DNA of 64,000 nt, taken from the NCBI GenBank assembly GCA_049840735.1, contig JASGJN010000020.1:192001-256000 (forward strand). The letters run 5' to 3'. This DNA comes from Anaeromyxobacter sp. (GTDB taxonomy: Bacteria; Myxococcota; Myxococcia; Myxococcales; Anaeromyxobacteraceae). Numbering within the stretch: position 1 is the first letter of the stretch; each line of letters starts with the position of its first letter. Positions 41,739 to 57,996 of this stretch are shown piece after piece. A model generated the notes under the pieces. It was not told where the DNA came from. It worked only from the letters and a program-made list of their open reading frames with translations, and ran no database searches. Position numbers and translations under genes: made by a program.

Positions 41739-42519
41739 TCACCCCGCGTCCATCGACACCCCATCGGGCAAGGTCAGGATTCTCAGGCCCCTTTTCCGTG
41801 ATGGCCACGGTGTGCTCGAAATGCGCGGAGCGGGCGCCGTCGGCGGTGACCGCGGTCCACCCATCGTCGAGCGTCCGCACCTCCGGCCCTCCGGCGTTGA
41901 CCATCGGCTCGATGGCCAGCACCAGGCCAGGCCGGAGCAGCATCCCGGTGCCCGCCTCCCCGTAGTTGGGGACCTGCGGCGGCTCGTGCAGCCGGCGGCC
42001 CACGCCGTGGCCCACGAAGTCCCGCACCACGGAGTAGCCCTGGGCCTCCGCCCACGCCTCCACGGCGTGGCCGATGTCGCCCAGGTGGCCGCCAGGCCGG
42101 GCGGCCGCGATGCCCCGGGCCAGGGCCTGCCGGGTGGCCCGTAGGAGCCGCTCCGAGGCTGCGTCAATTTGCCCCACCGCCACGGTCCGGGCAGAGTCGG
42201 CGTACCAGCCGGCCAGCACCACCCCGTGGTCGATGCCGACCACGTCCCCCTCCTGCAGCACGCGAGGGCCGGGGATGCCGTGGATGACCTCCTCGTTGAC
42301 CGAGATGCAGAGCGAGGCCGGGTAGCCGCGGTAGCCCAGGAAGGCCGGGCGGGCCTTCAAGGCGCGCGTGCGGGCCTCCGCCAGGCGGTCCAGCTCGGCG
42401 GTGGTGACGCCCGGGACGGCGGCGCGGGCCACCTCCTCGAGCACCTGGTGGACCACCTGCCCCGCGTCGCGGATGCGGGCGATCTCGTCGGCCGTGCGCA
42501 GCGTGGGACGCGCCTCCAT
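41739..42519 (-). CDS. map: Methionine aminopeptidase type I (apparent +1 indel near 41781)
   Basis: CISVNEEVIHGIP, GHGVG..LHEPP, AIEPMVN and SAHFEHT. The natural ending ILTLP lies in an alternate frame. Confidence 0.95.
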
Positions 42520-43172
42520 CAGCGCCCCTCCCCCAGCAGCGCGCGGGTGTGCGCCAGCACCTGCTCCGGCGGGCCGGCGTCCGCCCGGACGGCGGTGATG
42601 CGCCCATGGTCGGTGTAGTAGCGCTTCACCGGCTCGGTCTTGCTGGCGTACTCGTGCAGCCGGTGGCGGACGTTCTCGGGGGCGTCGTCGGGGCGCTGCA
42701 CCAGCGCTGCGCCGTCCTGGTCGCAGCTCCCCTCGCGCCGCGGCGGGTTGGCCGCCAGGTTGTAGACCGCGCCGCAGCGCGGGCAGCTGCGCCGGCCGCT
42801 GATGCGGGCCACCACGGTGTCCTCGTCCACCTCGAACGCCAGCACCCGGTCGATGGTCCGGCCCAGCGAGGCCAGCAGCTGGTCCAGGTAGGCCGCCTGC
42901 CCCACCGTGCGCGGGTAGCCGTCGAGGATGAAGCCAGGCTGGACGTCCTCGCGCGAGAGCCGCTCCTTCACCATCAGGTTGGTCAGATCGTCCGAGACCA
43001 GGCCGCCCTGCCCGATGAGCCCCTGCACGTGGTGCCCGAGCGCCGTGCCGCGGGCGATGTGCTCGCGGAACATGTCGCCGGTCGACACGTGGGGCACCGC
43101 GTAGGCCGCCGAGAGCAGCTTGGCCTGCGTGCCCTTGCCGGCCCCGGGGGGCCCGAGGAGGATCAGGATCAT
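42519..43172 (-). CDS. adk: Adenylate kinase
   Basis: GPPGAGKGTQA, STGDMFR, LDGYPR and a CxxC lid. Confidence 0.97.
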   Translation of the reverse strand: MILILLGPPGAGKGTQAKLLSAAYAVPHVSTGDMFREHIARGTALGHHVQGLIGQGGLVSDDLTNLMVKERLSREDVQPGFILDGYPRTVGQAAYLDQLLASLGRTIDRVLAFEVDEDTVVARISGRRSCPRCGAVYNLAANPPRREGSCDQDGAALVQRPDDAPENVRHRLHEYASKTEPVKRYYTDHGRITAVRADAGPPEQVLAHTRALLGEGR

Positions 43173-43244
43173 CGCGTCCACCAGAAGCGCGAAGGGCCTC
43201 GCCTTCCGGCGAGGCCCACGCGCGTCATGCGTCGACCGCGCCCG

Positions 43245-44600
43245 TCATGCGTTGACCGCAGAGCCGGTCGTCATCCGCCGCCCGCGGATCCGCGGGCCGC
43301 GCGGCCCGGTGAACCCTTCGTAGTGGCGCGTGATGAGGTGGCCCTCGATCTGCTGGACCGTGTCGAGCGCGACGCCGACCACGATGAGGAGCGACGTGCC
43401 GCCGAAGTAGAACGGGACGTTGTACTCGTTCATCAGCACCGTGGGCAGCACGCAGACGGCGGACAGGTAGACGGCGCCGCCGAAGGTGATGCGCGAGAGC
43501 ACGTGGTCGATGTGCTCCGCGGTGGCGCGGCCCGGCCGGATGCCCGGGATGTAGCCGCCGTACTTCTTGAGGTTGTCCGCCACGTCGACCGGGTTGAAGG
43601 TCACCGCCGTGTAGAAGTAGGCGAAGAAGATGACCAGGGCGACGAAGATGGTGTTGTAGATCCAGGTCCCGGTGTGCAGCTCGGCCCCGACGGCCGCCAT
43701 CCCGGGGATGAAGCCGGCGATGGTGGTGGGGAGGAGCAGCAGCGAGGAGGCGAAGATGGGCGGGATCACGCCCGAGGTGTTGACCTTGAGCGGCAGCCAG
43801 GTGGACTGCCCGCCGTAGAGCTTCCGGCCCACCATCCGCTTGGCGTACTGCACCGGGATGCGCCGCTGGCCGCGCTCGACGAAGACGATGAGCGCGACGA
43901 CCAGCACCATCACCGCCGCCAGCAGGATGAGCTTGGTCGGGCCGAAGGTGTCGCCCGACCGCGAGTTCATGCTGCGGAAGAACGTGCCCGCCGCGTTGGG
44001 GATGCGGGCCACGATCCCGGCGAAGATGATGAGCGAGATGCCGTTGCCGACGCCGCGCTCGGTGATCTGCTCGCCCATCCACATGATGAAGGCCGTGCCC
44101 GCGGCGAGCGAGACCATGGTCATCAGGCGGAACGGCCAGCCCGGCTCCGCCACCACCGGGATGCCGGTGAGCGGCGAGACCTGGCCCTCGAGCAGCTGGG
44201 CGGCGATGCCGTAGCCCTGGACCGCGGAGAGGACCACCGTCAGGTAGCGCGTGTACTGGGTGATCTTGCGCCGCCCCAGCTCGCCCTCCTTCTGGAGGGC
44301 CTCCAGCTTCGGCACGACCACCGTCAGCAGCTGCAGGATGATCGACGCCGAGACGTACGGCATGATGCCCAGGGCGAAGATCGAGAGCTGCTCGAACGCG
44401 CCGCCGGAGAAGAAGTTGAAGAGCCCGAGGTAGCCCGAGCCCTGGCCGGCCATGACGTCGTGCATCGCCCGCCGGTCCACGCCGGGGGTCGTCACGTAGA
44501 TGCCGAGCCGGTAGACGGCCAGCATGCCCAGCGAGAAGAGCAGCCGCTTCCGGAGCTCGGAGATGCGGAAGATGTTGATGAGCCCGCTCACAGCAGACAT
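43245..44600 (-). CDS. secY: Preprotein translocase SecY
   Basis: [28 protein letters not shown] and [12 protein letters not shown]. Confidence 0.99.
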   Translation of the reverse strand: MSAVSGLINIFRISELRKRLLFSLGMLAVYRLGIYVTTPGVDRRAMHDVMAGQGSGYLGLFNFFSGGAFEQLSIFALGIMPYVSASIILQLLTVVVPKLEALQKEGELGRRKITQYTRYLTVVLSAVQGYGIAAQLLEGQVSPLTGIPVVAEPGWPFRLMTMVSLAAGTAFIMWMGEQITERGVGNGISLIIFAGIVARIPNAAGTFFRSMNSRSGDTFGPTKLILLAAVMVLVVALIVFVERGQRRIPVQYAKRMVGRKLYGGQSTWLPLKVNTSGVIPPIFASSLLLLPTTIAGFIPGMAAVGAELHTGTWIYNTIFVALVIFFAYFYTAVTFNPVDVADNLKKYGGYIPGIRPGRATAEHIDHVLSRITFGGAVYLSAVCVLPTVLMNEYNVPFYFGGTSLLIVVGVALDTVQQIEGHLITRHYEGFTGPRGPRIRGRRMTTGSAVNA

Positions 44601-44661
44601 GCGCGTCCCTTTCGCCCCAGACCCAGGCCCGCCCTGACTGCGCGGGCCCCCCTGCCCGCCC

Positions 44662-45162
44662 TTACTTCGCCGCCCCGGCCGCCGCCTTCTTCGCGGCCTT
44701 GGCCTTCTGGTACATCGTCACCGGCGCCGGAACGAGCTCCACCTTGCCGCCCGCGCCCTCGATGGTGGCGCGCGCGCTGGCGGTGATCCGGTCGACCTTG
44801 ACGGTCACGGCGCCCTTCAGCTCGCCGCCGCCGATGACGACCACGCCGTCCCGGTTCCCGCGGATGAGCTTGGCGGCCTTGAGCGCCGCGGCGTCCAGCG
44901 TGCCGGTCAGGCCCTCGAGGTCACCCACCTTGACCTCCTCGAGGTCGCGGCGGAAGTTGTTCTTGAAGCCGAACTTCGGGAGGCGGCGCTGCAGCGGCAT
45001 CTGGCCGCCTTCGAACCCCTCGAAGTGCATGTTGCCCGAGCGGGCCTTCTGGCCCTTGCCGCCGCGGCCGGCGGTCTTGCCGAGGCCGGAGGCCTGGCCG
45101 CGGCCGACGCGGGTCTTCGGGCGGGACGCGCCCTTGGGCGCCTTGAGCTTGGAAAGCGACAT
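44662..45162 (-). CDS. rplO: 50S ribosomal protein L15
   Basis: [14 protein letters not shown] and [14 protein letters not shown]. Confidence 0.98.
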   Translation of the reverse strand: MSLSKLKAPKGASRPKTRVGRGQASGLGKTAGRGGKGQKARSGNMHFEGFEGGQMPLQRRLPKFGFKNNFRRDLEEVKVGDLEGLTGTLDAAALKAAKLIRGNRDGVVVIGGGELKGAVTVKVDRITASARATIEGAGGKVELVPAPVTMYQKAKAAKKAAAGAAK

Positions 45163-45200
45163 GGTTGAGGTCCCTCTTCTATCTCAGGGGTGCAGCCCTG

Positions 45201-45434
45201 TCACTGCCGGGCTGCGGCGGACTTGCGGGCCTTGCGGCCGGCAGGCGGAGCGGCGTCGACCCGCTCCCACTCGACCAGGTAAGCGACCTTCGCGATCATG
45301 CCCAGCGTCTGGGGCGTGTCGGGGAGGAGCTTGGTCGAGTCGCGCTTCTTGAGGCCGAGGCCAGCGACGATGACCCGGTGCGGCGCGGGGCAGCCCGCGA
45401 GGCCGCGGACGAGCTTCACCTTGATGGCAGCCAT
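45201..45434 (-). CDS. rpmD: 50S ribosomal protein L30
   Basis: IKVKLVRG, GLGL and GMIAKVAYLV, between rpsE and rplO. Confidence 0.93.
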   Translation of the reverse strand: MAAIKVKLVRGLAGCPAPHRVIVAGLGLKKRDSTKLLPDTPQTLGMIAKVAYLVEWERVDAAPPAGRKARKSAAARQ

Positions 45435-45443
45435 GGATCTCTC

Positions 45444-45947
45444 CTAACCCGTGATCTCGGCGGCCTGCTTGCCGCGGAGCCGGGCGCTGTCCTCGATCGA
45501 GCGGAGCCGCTTGAGGCCGGCGATGGTCGCCTTCAGGACGTTGTGGGGGTTGCGCGAGCCCTGGCACTTGGTGAGCACGTTGCGGATGCCAGCGGCCTCG
45601 AGGACGGCGCGGACGGCGCCGCCGGCGATGACGCCGGTACCCTCGCCCGCCGGCTTCAGCAGGACCCAGCCGGCGCCGAAGTGCCCGAGCACCTCGTGCG
45701 GGATGGTGGTCCCGACCAGCGGGACCTTGAACAGGTTCTTCTTGGCCTGGTCGCCGCCCTTGCGGATCGCCTCGGGGACCTCGTTCGCCTTCCCCAGGCC
45801 CACGCCGACGTGGCCGTTGCCGTCGCCGACGACGACGAGCGCCGAGAAGCTGAACCGCCGGCCGCCCTTCACCACCTTGGCGACACGGTTGATGTGGACG
45901 ACCTTGTCCTGCAGCTCGAGCTCGTTTGCGTTGATGGGAGTAGCCAT
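45444..45947 (-). CDS. rpsE: 30S ribosomal protein S5
   Basis: [22 protein letters not shown]. Confidence 0.98.
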   Translation of the reverse strand: MATPINANELELQDKVVHINRVAKVVKGGRRFSFSALVVVGDGNGHVGVGLGKANEVPEAIRKGGDQAKKNLFKVPLVGTTIPHEVLGHFGAGWVLLKPAGEGTGVIAGGAVRAVLEAAGIRNVLTKCQGSRNPHNVLKATIAGLKRLRSIEDSARLRGKQAAEITG

Positions 45948-45971
45948 TCGATTCCTCGCCCTTTCAGGCGG

Positions 45972-46331
45972 CTAGAACTTCAGCCCCGCCTCGCGCGCCG
46001 CGGCGGCGACGGCCTGGATGCGGCCGTGGTAGTCGAACCCGTTCCGGTCGAAGACGACCGCCTCGATGCCCTTGTCCTTGGCGGCCCTGGCGAGCGCCTC
46101 GCCCACCTTCTTGGCGGCGGCGGTCTTGTCGTCCTCCTTCACCTCGGCCTTGAGGGCCTTCGAGGTGGTGGAGACCGACACCAGGGTCTTGCCCGTCGTG
46201 TCGTCGACGAGCTGGGCGTACATGTGCTTGAGGCTCTTGTAGACCGTGAGGCGCGGACGGGCCGCGGTCCCCGAGATCTTCCTGCGGATGCGGGCCTTGC
46301 GCTTCTCGCGCGGGGTCGTATGCGTCGCCAT
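45972..46331 (-). CDS. rplR: 50S ribosomal protein L18
   Basis: RPRLTVYKS and [14 protein letters not shown]. Confidence 0.98.
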   Translation of the reverse strand: MATHTTPREKRKARIRRKISGTAARPRLTVYKSLKHMYAQLVDDTTGKTLVSVSTTSKALKAEVKEDDKTAAAKKVGEALARAAKDKGIEAVVFDRNGFDYHGRIQAVAAAAREAGLKF

Positions 46332-46396
46332 GGGCGTCCTCCTTGCGGCGGCGACGGCTCAGCCGCCGCATGAGATGTGGGGTTGAGACCGGCCGA

Positions 46397-46939
46397 CTAC
46401 GCGGCGCCGGTCTTGCCTTCCTTGCGGCGGATGGTCTCCTCCGCGTACTTGATGCCCTTGCCCTTGTACGGCTCGGGCGGGCGGAGGGCGCGGATCTTGG
46501 CCGCGGTGAGGCCGAGCAGGTGCTTGTCCACGGCCTTGACCGTGATCTTGGTCTGCTTGGCGTCGACCTCGGCGGTCACGCCCTCGGGGAGCTTGAAGAC
46601 GATCGGGTGGGAGAAGCCCAGCGTGAAGTGGATGTCCTTCCCCTTCACCTCGGCCTTGAAGCCGACGCCGCTGATCTCGAGGCCGCGCTCGTAGCCCTTC
46701 ACGACGCCCTCGACGGCGTTCTTCACGAGCGTGCGGGTGAGGCCGTGCAGGCCCCGCGCCTCGCGCGTCTCGTCCGGGCGGGAGACCTTCACCTCGCCCT
46801 TCTCCACCTGGACACCGACCTTGGGGTTGAAGGGGAAGGACATCTTGCCCTTCGGACCCTCGACCTTCACCACGTTGCCGTCCACGGAGACCTTGACCTT
46901 CTCCGGGATCTTGACGGGCATCTTGCCGACACGGGACAT
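46397..46939 (-). CDS. rplF: 50S ribosomal protein L6
   Basis: MSRVGK and RPPEPYKGKGI. Confidence 0.98.
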   Translation of the reverse strand: MSRVGKMPVKIPEKVKVSVDGNVVKVEGPKGKMSFPFNPKVGVQVEKGEVKVSRPDETREARGLHGLTRTLVKNAVEGVVKGYERGLEISGVGFKAEVKGKDIHFTLGFSHPIVFKLPEGVTAEVDAKQTKITVKAVDKHLLGLTAAKIRALRPPEPYKGKGIKYAEETIRRKEGKTGAA

Positions 46940-46949
46940 GGTCGTTCCT

Positions 46950-47348
46950 CTACCAGACGGTGCAGATCAGCTCGCCGCCGACCTTCTGCTTGCGGGCCTC
47001 GCGATCGACCATCACGCCCTTGGACGTGGAGAGGATCGCAATCCCCATCCCGTTCAACACGCGCGGGATGGAGTCGGTGGGGACGTAGCGGCGCAGCCCG
47101 GGCTTCGAGACGCGCTTGATGTCGCTGATCGCGGGTTCACGATCGGCGCTGTACTTGAGCATGATGGTGATGGCGCCCTGGGGGCCCTCGTCGTGGATGA
47201 CGAAGTCCTTGATGAAGCCCTCCTCGCGGAGGACCTCGGCGATGCGGATCTTGAGGCCGGAGCGGGGGACCAGCACCTTCTCGTGACGCGCCGCAGAAGC
47301 GTTGCGGATGCGCGTCAGCATGTCGCCAACGGGATCGGTGAAGCTCAT
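46950..47348 (-). CDS. rpsH: 30S ribosomal protein S8
   Basis: [17 protein letters not shown] and STSKG. Confidence 0.98.
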   Translation of the reverse strand: MSFTDPVGDMLTRIRNASAARHEKVLVPRSGLKIRIAEVLREEGFIKDFVIHDEGPQGAITIMLKYSADREPAISDIKRVSKPGLRRYVPTDSIPRVLNGMGIAILSTSKGVMVDREARKQKVGGELICTVW

Positions 47349-47361
47349 CGCGCGGTCTCCC

Positions 47362-47547
47362 TTACCAGCTCGACTTGATGACGCCGGTGATCTCGCCCTG
47401 CAGCGCGCGCTTGCGGAAGCAGATGCGGCACATCTGGAACTTGCGCAGGAACGCCCGGGGACGACCGCAGAGCGGGCAGCGGTTGTACTGGCGGACGCCG
47501 AACTTCAGCTTGCGCTTCGCCTGCGCCATCTTGGAAAGCTTGGCCAT
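47362..47547 (-). CDS. rpsN: 30S ribosomal protein S14, Zn-binding type Z
   Basis: 61 aa, RCPLCGR...CRICFR. Confidence 0.97.
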   Translation of the reverse strand: MAKLSKMAQAKRKLKFGVRQYNRCPLCGRPRAFLRKFQMCRICFRKRALQGEITGVIKSSW

Positions 47548-47558
47548 GGTCTCTTCCT

Positions 47559-48101
47559 TTACTGACGGAACGGCATGCCGAGGTGGCGAAGGAGCGCTCG
47601 GCCCTCCTCGTCGTTCCGGGCGGTGGTCACCACCGTGATGTTCAGCCCCTTGATGCGCTCGACCTTGTCGTAGTTGATCTCGGGGAAGATGATCTGCTCG
47701 CGGACGCCCAGGGTGTAGTTGCCCTTGCCGTCGAAGGCCTTGGGCGACACGCCCTTGAAGTCGCGCACGCGCGGGAGCGCGATGGAGACCAGGCGGTCGA
47801 AGAACTCGTACATGCGGTCGCCGCGCAGGGTGACCATCGCGCCGATGGACTGGCCCTGACGCAGCTTGAAGTTGGCGATCGACTTGCGGGCCTTGGTCAC
47901 GACCGGCTTCTGGCCGGTGATGGAGGCCAGCTGCTCGACGGAGGCGTCGATGATCTTGCCGTTGTTGATCGCCTCGCCGAGGCCCATGTTCACCACGATC
48001 TTCTCGAGGCGGGGGGCCTGCATCGGGTTCTTGAACCCGAGCTCCTTCATCAGCTCGGCCCGGACGTCCTTCTCGTACCGGTCCTTCAGACGCGCTGCCA
48101 T
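47559..48101 (-). CDS. rplE: 50S ribosomal protein L5
   Basis: [17 protein letters not shown] and FDGKGNY. Confidence 0.98.
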   Translation of the reverse strand: MAARLKDRYEKDVRAELMKELGFKNPMQAPRLEKIVVNMGLGEAINNGKIIDASVEQLASITGQKPVVTKARKSIANFKLRQGQSIGAMVTLRGDRMYEFFDRLVSIALPRVRDFKGVSPKAFDGKGNYTLGVREQIIFPEINYDKVERIKGLNITVVTTARNDEEGRALLRHLGMPFRQ

Positions 48102-48258
48102 CGTGCTCTCCTTGCCTTCGGCCGGCCGCTGCTCGTGCCGGGCGATGCGTTGACCTGCGTTTCCCGTCCGCCCTGAGCCTGGCGAGCGGCGTCTCCGCCG
48201 GCGTGGGCCGGGTCGGGCGGTGTACCCCTACCCGGCCCGAAACGCCAGTTTTCCTTCG

Positions 48259-48574
48259 CTACCGGGCCGCCTTGCGCTTCTCGGCCCGGGCCTTCTCCTT
48301 GGCGCCGAGCTCCCGGCCGATCTTCTCGCGCCGGACCGGCTCCCCGTCCTTGACGACCAGGACGTTGGAGAGGGCGATGGTCCCTTCCTTCTCCATGATC
48401 CCCGCCCTCGGGCGTGGCCTGGCTGCGGCCCTTCTTCGTGTGCCGCTTGACGACCATCAGCTTCTCGATCCGGACCCGGCCCTTCTCCTTCAGGACCTCC
48501 AGGACCCGGCCGCTCTTCCCCTTCTCCTTGCCGGAGATGACCTGGACGGTGTCGCCCTTGCGAATGGACGGCAT
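48259..48574 (-). CDS. rplX: 50S ribosomal protein L24 (apparent +1 indel near 48402)
   Basis: [19 protein letters not shown]. The continuation [13 protein letters not shown] lies in the adjacent frame. Confidence 0.93.
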
Positions 48575-48576
48575 GG

Positions 48577-48945
<369 letters not shown>

Positions 48946-48947
48946 GA

Positions 48948-49217
48948 CTAGACCTCCGCCGCCTTCTCGAGGGTCTCAGCGACGCGCCAGCGCTTGTCCT
49001 TCGAGAGCGGGCGGGTCTCGACGATCCGCACGCGGTCGCCGATCTGGCACTCCTGCTTCTCGTCGTGCGCCTTGTACTTCTCGGCCTTGGTCACGATCTT
49101 GCCGTACTTCCGGTCCGCGACCCGGCGCTCGACCTTGACGACCACGGTCTTGGTCATCTTGTTCGAGACGACCACGCCGATGCGGGACTTGCGGTTGCCG
49201 CGCTCCATGTCGGTCAC
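48948..49217 (-). CDS. rpsQ: 30S ribosomal protein S17
   Basis: [14 protein letters not shown] and [11 protein letters not shown]. Confidence 0.98.
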   Translation of the reverse strand: MTDMERGNRKSRIGVVVSNKMTKTVVVKVERRVADRKYGKIVTKAEKYKAHDEKQECQIGDRVRIVETRPLSKDKRWRVAETLEKAAEV

Positions 49218-49435
49218 TCCTTCGCCTGCCCGGCCTTCGCCGCGGCGAGATCCTTCTCGCGAGCCACGGTCAGGCAGCGCGCGATGTCCCGCTTGGTGTT
49301 GGTCAGGTCGGCGGTCGAGTCGAGCACGCCGGTGTGGGCCTTGCTCTTGAGGTCGAAGAGCTTCTGCTTGAGCTCGGCGGCGCGGGCCACCAGCTCCTGG
49401 GACGAGAGCTGACGCAGCTCCTGGATGGTCGCCAT
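49214..49435 (-). CDS. rpmC: 50S ribosomal protein L29
   Basis: ELRQLS..EL, LFDLK and KRDIARCLT, in the expected synteny. Confidence 0.95.
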   Translation of the reverse strand: MATIQELRQLSSQELVARAAELKQKLFDLKSKAHTGVLDSTADLTNTKRDIARCLTVAREKDLAAAKAGQAKE

Positions 49436-49444
49436 CGGTTCCTC

Positions 49445-49861
49445 CTAGAGCGTCGTGCCGCGCTTCACCATCTTGGTGGCGACGGGCAGCTTGTGGGCGG
49501 CGAGGTGGAACGCCTTCTTGGCGATGGCGTCGTCCACGCCGGACATCTCGTAGAGGATCCGGCCCGGCTTGATCACCGCGACGTAGTACTCCACGTTGCC
49601 CTTGCCGGTACCCATTCGGGTCTCAGCGGGCTTCTTGGTGATGGGCTTGTCCGGGAAGATGCGGATCCAGAGCTTCCCGCCCCGCTTCACGTAGCGGGTG
49701 ATGGCGACGCGGGCGGCCTCGATCTGGCGGGCCGTCAGGAAACCGCACTCGGTCGCCTGCAGGCCGTACTCGCCCTGGTTGAGGTCGGAGCCACGGTACG
49801 CCTTGCCGCGCATGCGGCCCTTCATCATCTTGCGGTACTTCGTTCGCGCCGGCTGAAGCAT
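49445..49861 (-). CDS. rplP: 50S ribosomal protein L16
   Basis: RQIEAAR and [13 protein letters not shown]. Confidence 0.98.
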   Translation of the reverse strand: MLQPARTKYRKMMKGRMRGKAYRGSDLNQGEYGLQATECGFLTARQIEAARVAITRYVKRGGKLWIRIFPDKPITKKPAETRMGTGKGNVEYYVAVIKPGRILYEMSGVDDAIAKKAFHLAAHKLPVATKMVKRGTTL

Positions 49862-49894
49862 GTGCGTCTCCTGGTGGTTCTGGGCGCCCGGGCC

Positions 49895-50569
<675 letters not shown>

Positions 50570-50582
50570 TGTGTCTCCTGGG

Positions 50583-51023
50583 CTAGCCGCGGGCGGCGGT
50601 GCCGAGCTCCACGTACACGTGGCTGGTCTTCTTCTCCACGCGGTAGGCGCGCCCCATCGCGCGCGGCATGAACCGCCGCATCTTCGGCCCCTGGTCCACC
50701 GTGAGCGTCTTGACGAACAGCGCGTCGACGTCCACGCGGCCGCCCTTCTGCTCGGCGTTCGCGACCGCCGAGCGGAGGAGCTTCGCCAGCGGCTTGGCGG
50801 CCGCCTGCGAGGTGTACTTCAGGATGGCGAGCGCGTCGCCGACCGGCAGGCCGCGGACGTTGTCGGCCACGAGCCGCACCTTGCGCGGCGCCACCCGGAG
50901 GTAGCTGAGGGAGGCGTGCGGCCCGGGCGGCGGCGCCGCCGGGCGGTTGGGCTTCGAGCGGCGCGCCGGCACGGGCTGGCGCACGCGCTTCGTCGCCTTC
51001 TTCTGGGTCTGGGTCTCGGCCAT
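50583..51023 (-). CDS. rplV: 50S ribosomal protein L22 with N-terminal extension
   Basis: [17 protein letters not shown] and PRAMGRA. Confidence 0.97.
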   Translation of the reverse strand: MAETQTQKKATKRVRQPVPARRSKPNRPAAPPPGPHASLSYLRVAPRKVRLVADNVRGLPVGDALAILKYTSQAAAKPLAKLLRSAVANAEQKGGRVDVDALFVKTLTVDQGPKMRRFMPRAMGRAYRVEKKTSHVYVELGTAARG

Positions 51024-51036
51024 GTTCCGCTCCTCG

Positions 51037-51333
51037 CTACTTCTTCCCGGGCGCCGGCGCCGCCGCGACCTTCTTCTCGGCCGAGTGGCCGTGGAAGGTG
51101 CGGGTCGGCGCGAACTCGCCGAGCTTGTGCCCGACCATGTTCTCGGTCACGAACACCGGGACGAACTTCCGCCCGTTGTGGACCGCGAACGTGTGGCCGA
51201 CGAAGTCCGGCAGGATGGTGCTCCGCCGCGACCAGGTCTTGATGACCGACTTCTTGTTGCCCTTGTTCGCGTCCTCGACCTTCTTGGTGAGGTGCTTGTC
51301 GGCGAACGGGCCCTTCTTGATCGAACGCGCCAT
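51037..51333 (-). CDS. rpsS: 30S ribosomal protein S19
   Basis: [14 protein letters not shown] and GHKLGEF. Confidence 0.98.
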   Translation of the reverse strand: MARSIKKGPFADKHLTKKVEDANKGNKKSVIKTWSRRSTILPDFVGHTFAVHNGRKFVPVFVTENMVGHKLGEFAPTRTFHGHSAEKKVAAAPAPGKK

Positions 51334-51356
51334 GGTTGGCTATCCCTTTTGGCCCG

Positions 51357-52205
<849 letters not shown>

Positions 52206-52226
52206 GTCAGTCTCCCGTCCCGACCC

Positions 52227-52520
52227 TTACTGCCCCTCGAAGAGGGCGATGGTGTCGCCGTCCTTGAGGGTCACGAGGGCCTTCTTCCAGTTCGGCCGCC
52301 GGCCGATGTTCCGGCCCACGCGCTTGTTCTTGCCGCGCGCGATGGCGGTGCGGACCGCGGTCACCTTCACCTTGTAGAGCGCCTCGACGGCCTGCTTCAC
52401 CTGCACCTTGGTGGCGTCGCGGTGGACCTCGAAGGCGTACTGGTGCGACGCCTCCCGGTTCCGCTCGGCCTTCTCGGTGATGAGCGGGCGCATCACCACG
52501 TCCTGGGGGGAGAGGTTCAC
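52227..52520 (-). CDS. rplW: 50S ribosomal protein L23
   Basis: [18 protein letters not shown] and WKKALVTL. The GTG start overlaps the rplD stop. Confidence 0.96.
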   Translation of the reverse strand: MNLSPQDVVMRPLITEKAERNREASHQYAFEVHRDATKVQVKQAVEALYKVKVTAVRTAIARGKNKRVGRNIGRRPNWKKALVTLKDGDTIALFEGQ

Positions 52521-53137
52521 GAGAGCACCTCCTCCAGCTTCTTCGCCGTCTCGGCCGTCAGCACGAGCACGTCGTGCTTCAGGATGTCGTACACGTTGAG
52601 CCCCTCGACCCCGAGGAAGTCGTGGCCGGCCAGGTTGCGCACGCTCTTGGCGAGCGCCTCGTTGGCGGCGGCGTCGACCACCAGGGCCTTCTTCGCGCCC
52701 AGCGCGGCCAGCACCTTGCCGGCGGCGTTGGTCTTCGGCGCGGCGGGCTTCCACTCCTGGACGATCAGCAGCTTGCCGTCCTGGTTGCGGAGCGCGAGGG
52801 CCGAGCGGAGCGCGGCCTTCCGCACCTTCTTCGGCACGTCGTAGCCGTAGTCGCGGGGCTTGGGGCCCATCGCCTTGCCGCCGCCCACCCACTGGGAGGC
52901 GCGGGTCGAGCCCTGGCGGGCGCGGCCGGTGCCCTTCTGCTTGAAGGGCTTCTTGCCGCCGCCGGACACCAGCGACCGGTTCTTGACGGCGTGGGTGCCC
53001 GAGCGATCGGAGGCGAGCTTCGCCTTCACCACCTCGTAGAAGAGGTGCTCGTTCACCTCGCCGGCGAAGACGGCGTCGGCGAGGTCGATCTCGCCCACCT
53101 TCTTCTTCGTGAGGTCGTACACGTCGAACTTGGCCAT
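52517..53137 (-). CDS. rplD: 50S ribosomal protein L4
   Basis: [20 protein letters not shown] and GPKPRDY. Confidence 0.98.
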   Translation of the reverse strand: MAKFDVYDLTKKKVGEIDLADAVFAGEVNEHLFYEVVKAKLASDRSGTHAVKNRSLVSGGGKKPFKQKGTGRARQGSTRASQWVGGGKAMGPKPRDYGYDVPKKVRKAALRSALALRNQDGKLLIVQEWKPAAPKTNAAGKVLAALGAKKALVVDAAANEALAKSVRNLAGHDFLGVEGLNVYDILKHDVLVLTAETAKKLEEVLS

Positions 53138-53148
53138 GGTGTCCTCGA

Positions 53149-53453
<305 letters not shown>

Positions 53454-53550
53454 CGAAGAGCCTTCTCTCCGTCACTCGGCGCTGCGCGGAGTCTCCCCTG
53501 CCCACGATGCTGCGAGCCGGGAGGCTCCGCCGTTCGCCGTGCGGTGCTAC

Positions 53551-54741
<1,191 letters not shown>

Positions 54742-54774
54742 CTCGCGTCTCCTTCCGTTTCCTGGTGCGGCGCC

Positions 54775-56865
<2,091 letters not shown>

Positions 56866-57012
56866 CTTGTCCTTCCGTCCTTCGTGCGTACGCGAGACCA
56901 GGCCGCCCAATGCGGCGCCGGGACCAACGACCGAGCTGTCAAAGAGCTTCCGGATCCAGCGGATCCGCGGGCCGACCGAGCCGACCCAGCTCCTGTTCTA
57001 ACCGTCCCTTCC

Positions 57013-57483
57013 CTACCAGCGGTAGTGGGCGAAGGCCTTGTTGGCCTCGGCCATCTTGTGGGTGTCTTCCCGCTTCTTCACCGCGTTGCCGCGGTTGTTG
57101 GCGGCGTCGATGATCTCGCCGGCCAGCTTCTCCTGCATCGTCTTCTCGCCGCGACCCTTCGAGTACTCGATGAGCCAGCGCATGGCAAGCGCCGTGCGCC
57201 GATCCTGGCGGACCTCGACCGGGACCTGGTAGGTGGCGCCGCCGACGCGGCGGCTCTTCACCTCGACCACCGGCTTCACGTTGTCGAGGGCCTTCTTGAA
57301 GATCTTGAGCGGATCGTCCTTGAGCTTCTGCTCCACCTGATCGAACGCGCCGTAGATGATGCGCTCGCCAGTGGACTTCTTGCCCTGGCGCATCAGGTTG
57401 TTGACGAACTTGGCGACCACCCGGTCCTGGAACTTGGGATCGGGGAGGATCTTCCGCTTCTCGACTTCGCGACGACGAGGCAT
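57013..57483 (-). CDS. rpsG: 30S ribosomal protein S7
   Basis: [12 protein letters not shown] and [12 protein letters not shown]. Confidence 0.99.
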   Translation of the reverse strand: MPRRREVEKRKILPDPKFQDRVVAKFVNNLMRQGKKSTGERIIYGAFDQVEQKLKDDPLKIFKKALDNVKPVVEVKSRRVGGATYQVPVEVRQDRRTALAMRWLIEYSKGRGEKTMQEKLAGEIIDAANNRGNAVKKREDTHKMAEANKAFAHYRW

Positions 57484-57509
57484 TGAATCGTGTCCTTATC
57501 GGCGGGGGG

Positions 57510-57881
57510 CTAGCTCGGGCGCTTCGCGCCGTACTTCGAGCGGCCCTGCTTGCGGCCCTGGACGCCGACGGCGTCGAGGGTCCCGCGGATGATGTGGTAG
57601 CGAACGCCCGGGAGATCCTTCACGCGGCCCCCGCGGATGAGCACCACCGAGTGCTCCTGCAGGTTGTGGCCCACGCCGGGGATGTAGCTCGTGACCTCGA
57701 AGCCGTTGGTCAGACGGACGCGGGCGACCTTCCGGAGCGCCGAGTTCGGCTTCTTGGGCGTCGTGGTGTAGACGCGCGTGCAGACACCGCGCTTCTGCGG
57801 CGACTCCTTGAGGGCAGGCGCCTTCTTCTTCACCTCGAGCTTCTCGCGCCCCTTGCGCACCAGCTGGCTGATCGTCGGCAT
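57510..57881 (-). CDS. rpsL: 30S ribosomal protein S12
   Basis: [17 protein letters not shown] and [10 protein letters not shown]. Confidence 0.99.
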   Translation of the reverse strand: MPTISQLVRKGREKLEVKKKAPALKESPQKRGVCTRVYTTTPKKPNSALRKVARVRLTNGFEVTSYIPGVGHNLQEHSVVLIRGGRVKDLPGVRYHIIRGTLDAVGVQGRKQGRSKYGAKRPS

Positions 57882-57968
57882 CGTGTGCGAGCTCTTTTTC
57901 CCAGCAAAAACGCCCACCAATTGAAGCACGGGGGCGTTCGTTGAAACATCCCGTCCAGAGGGCGGCGG

Positions 57969-57996
57969 ATTATACGGATCGCCCCCCTCGTGTCAA
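57969..57996 (-). promoter_or_regulatory. Consensus sigma70 promoter of the str operon
   Basis: Perfect TTGACA-N16-TATAAT followed by a GC-rich discriminator CCGCCGCC. Confidence 0.85.

Noticed and set aside
48164..48190. Additional copy of the REP-like element in the rplX-rplE spacer
   Set aside because: Only a 14/15-nt match to the element end, which is plausible by chance in GC-rich DNA.
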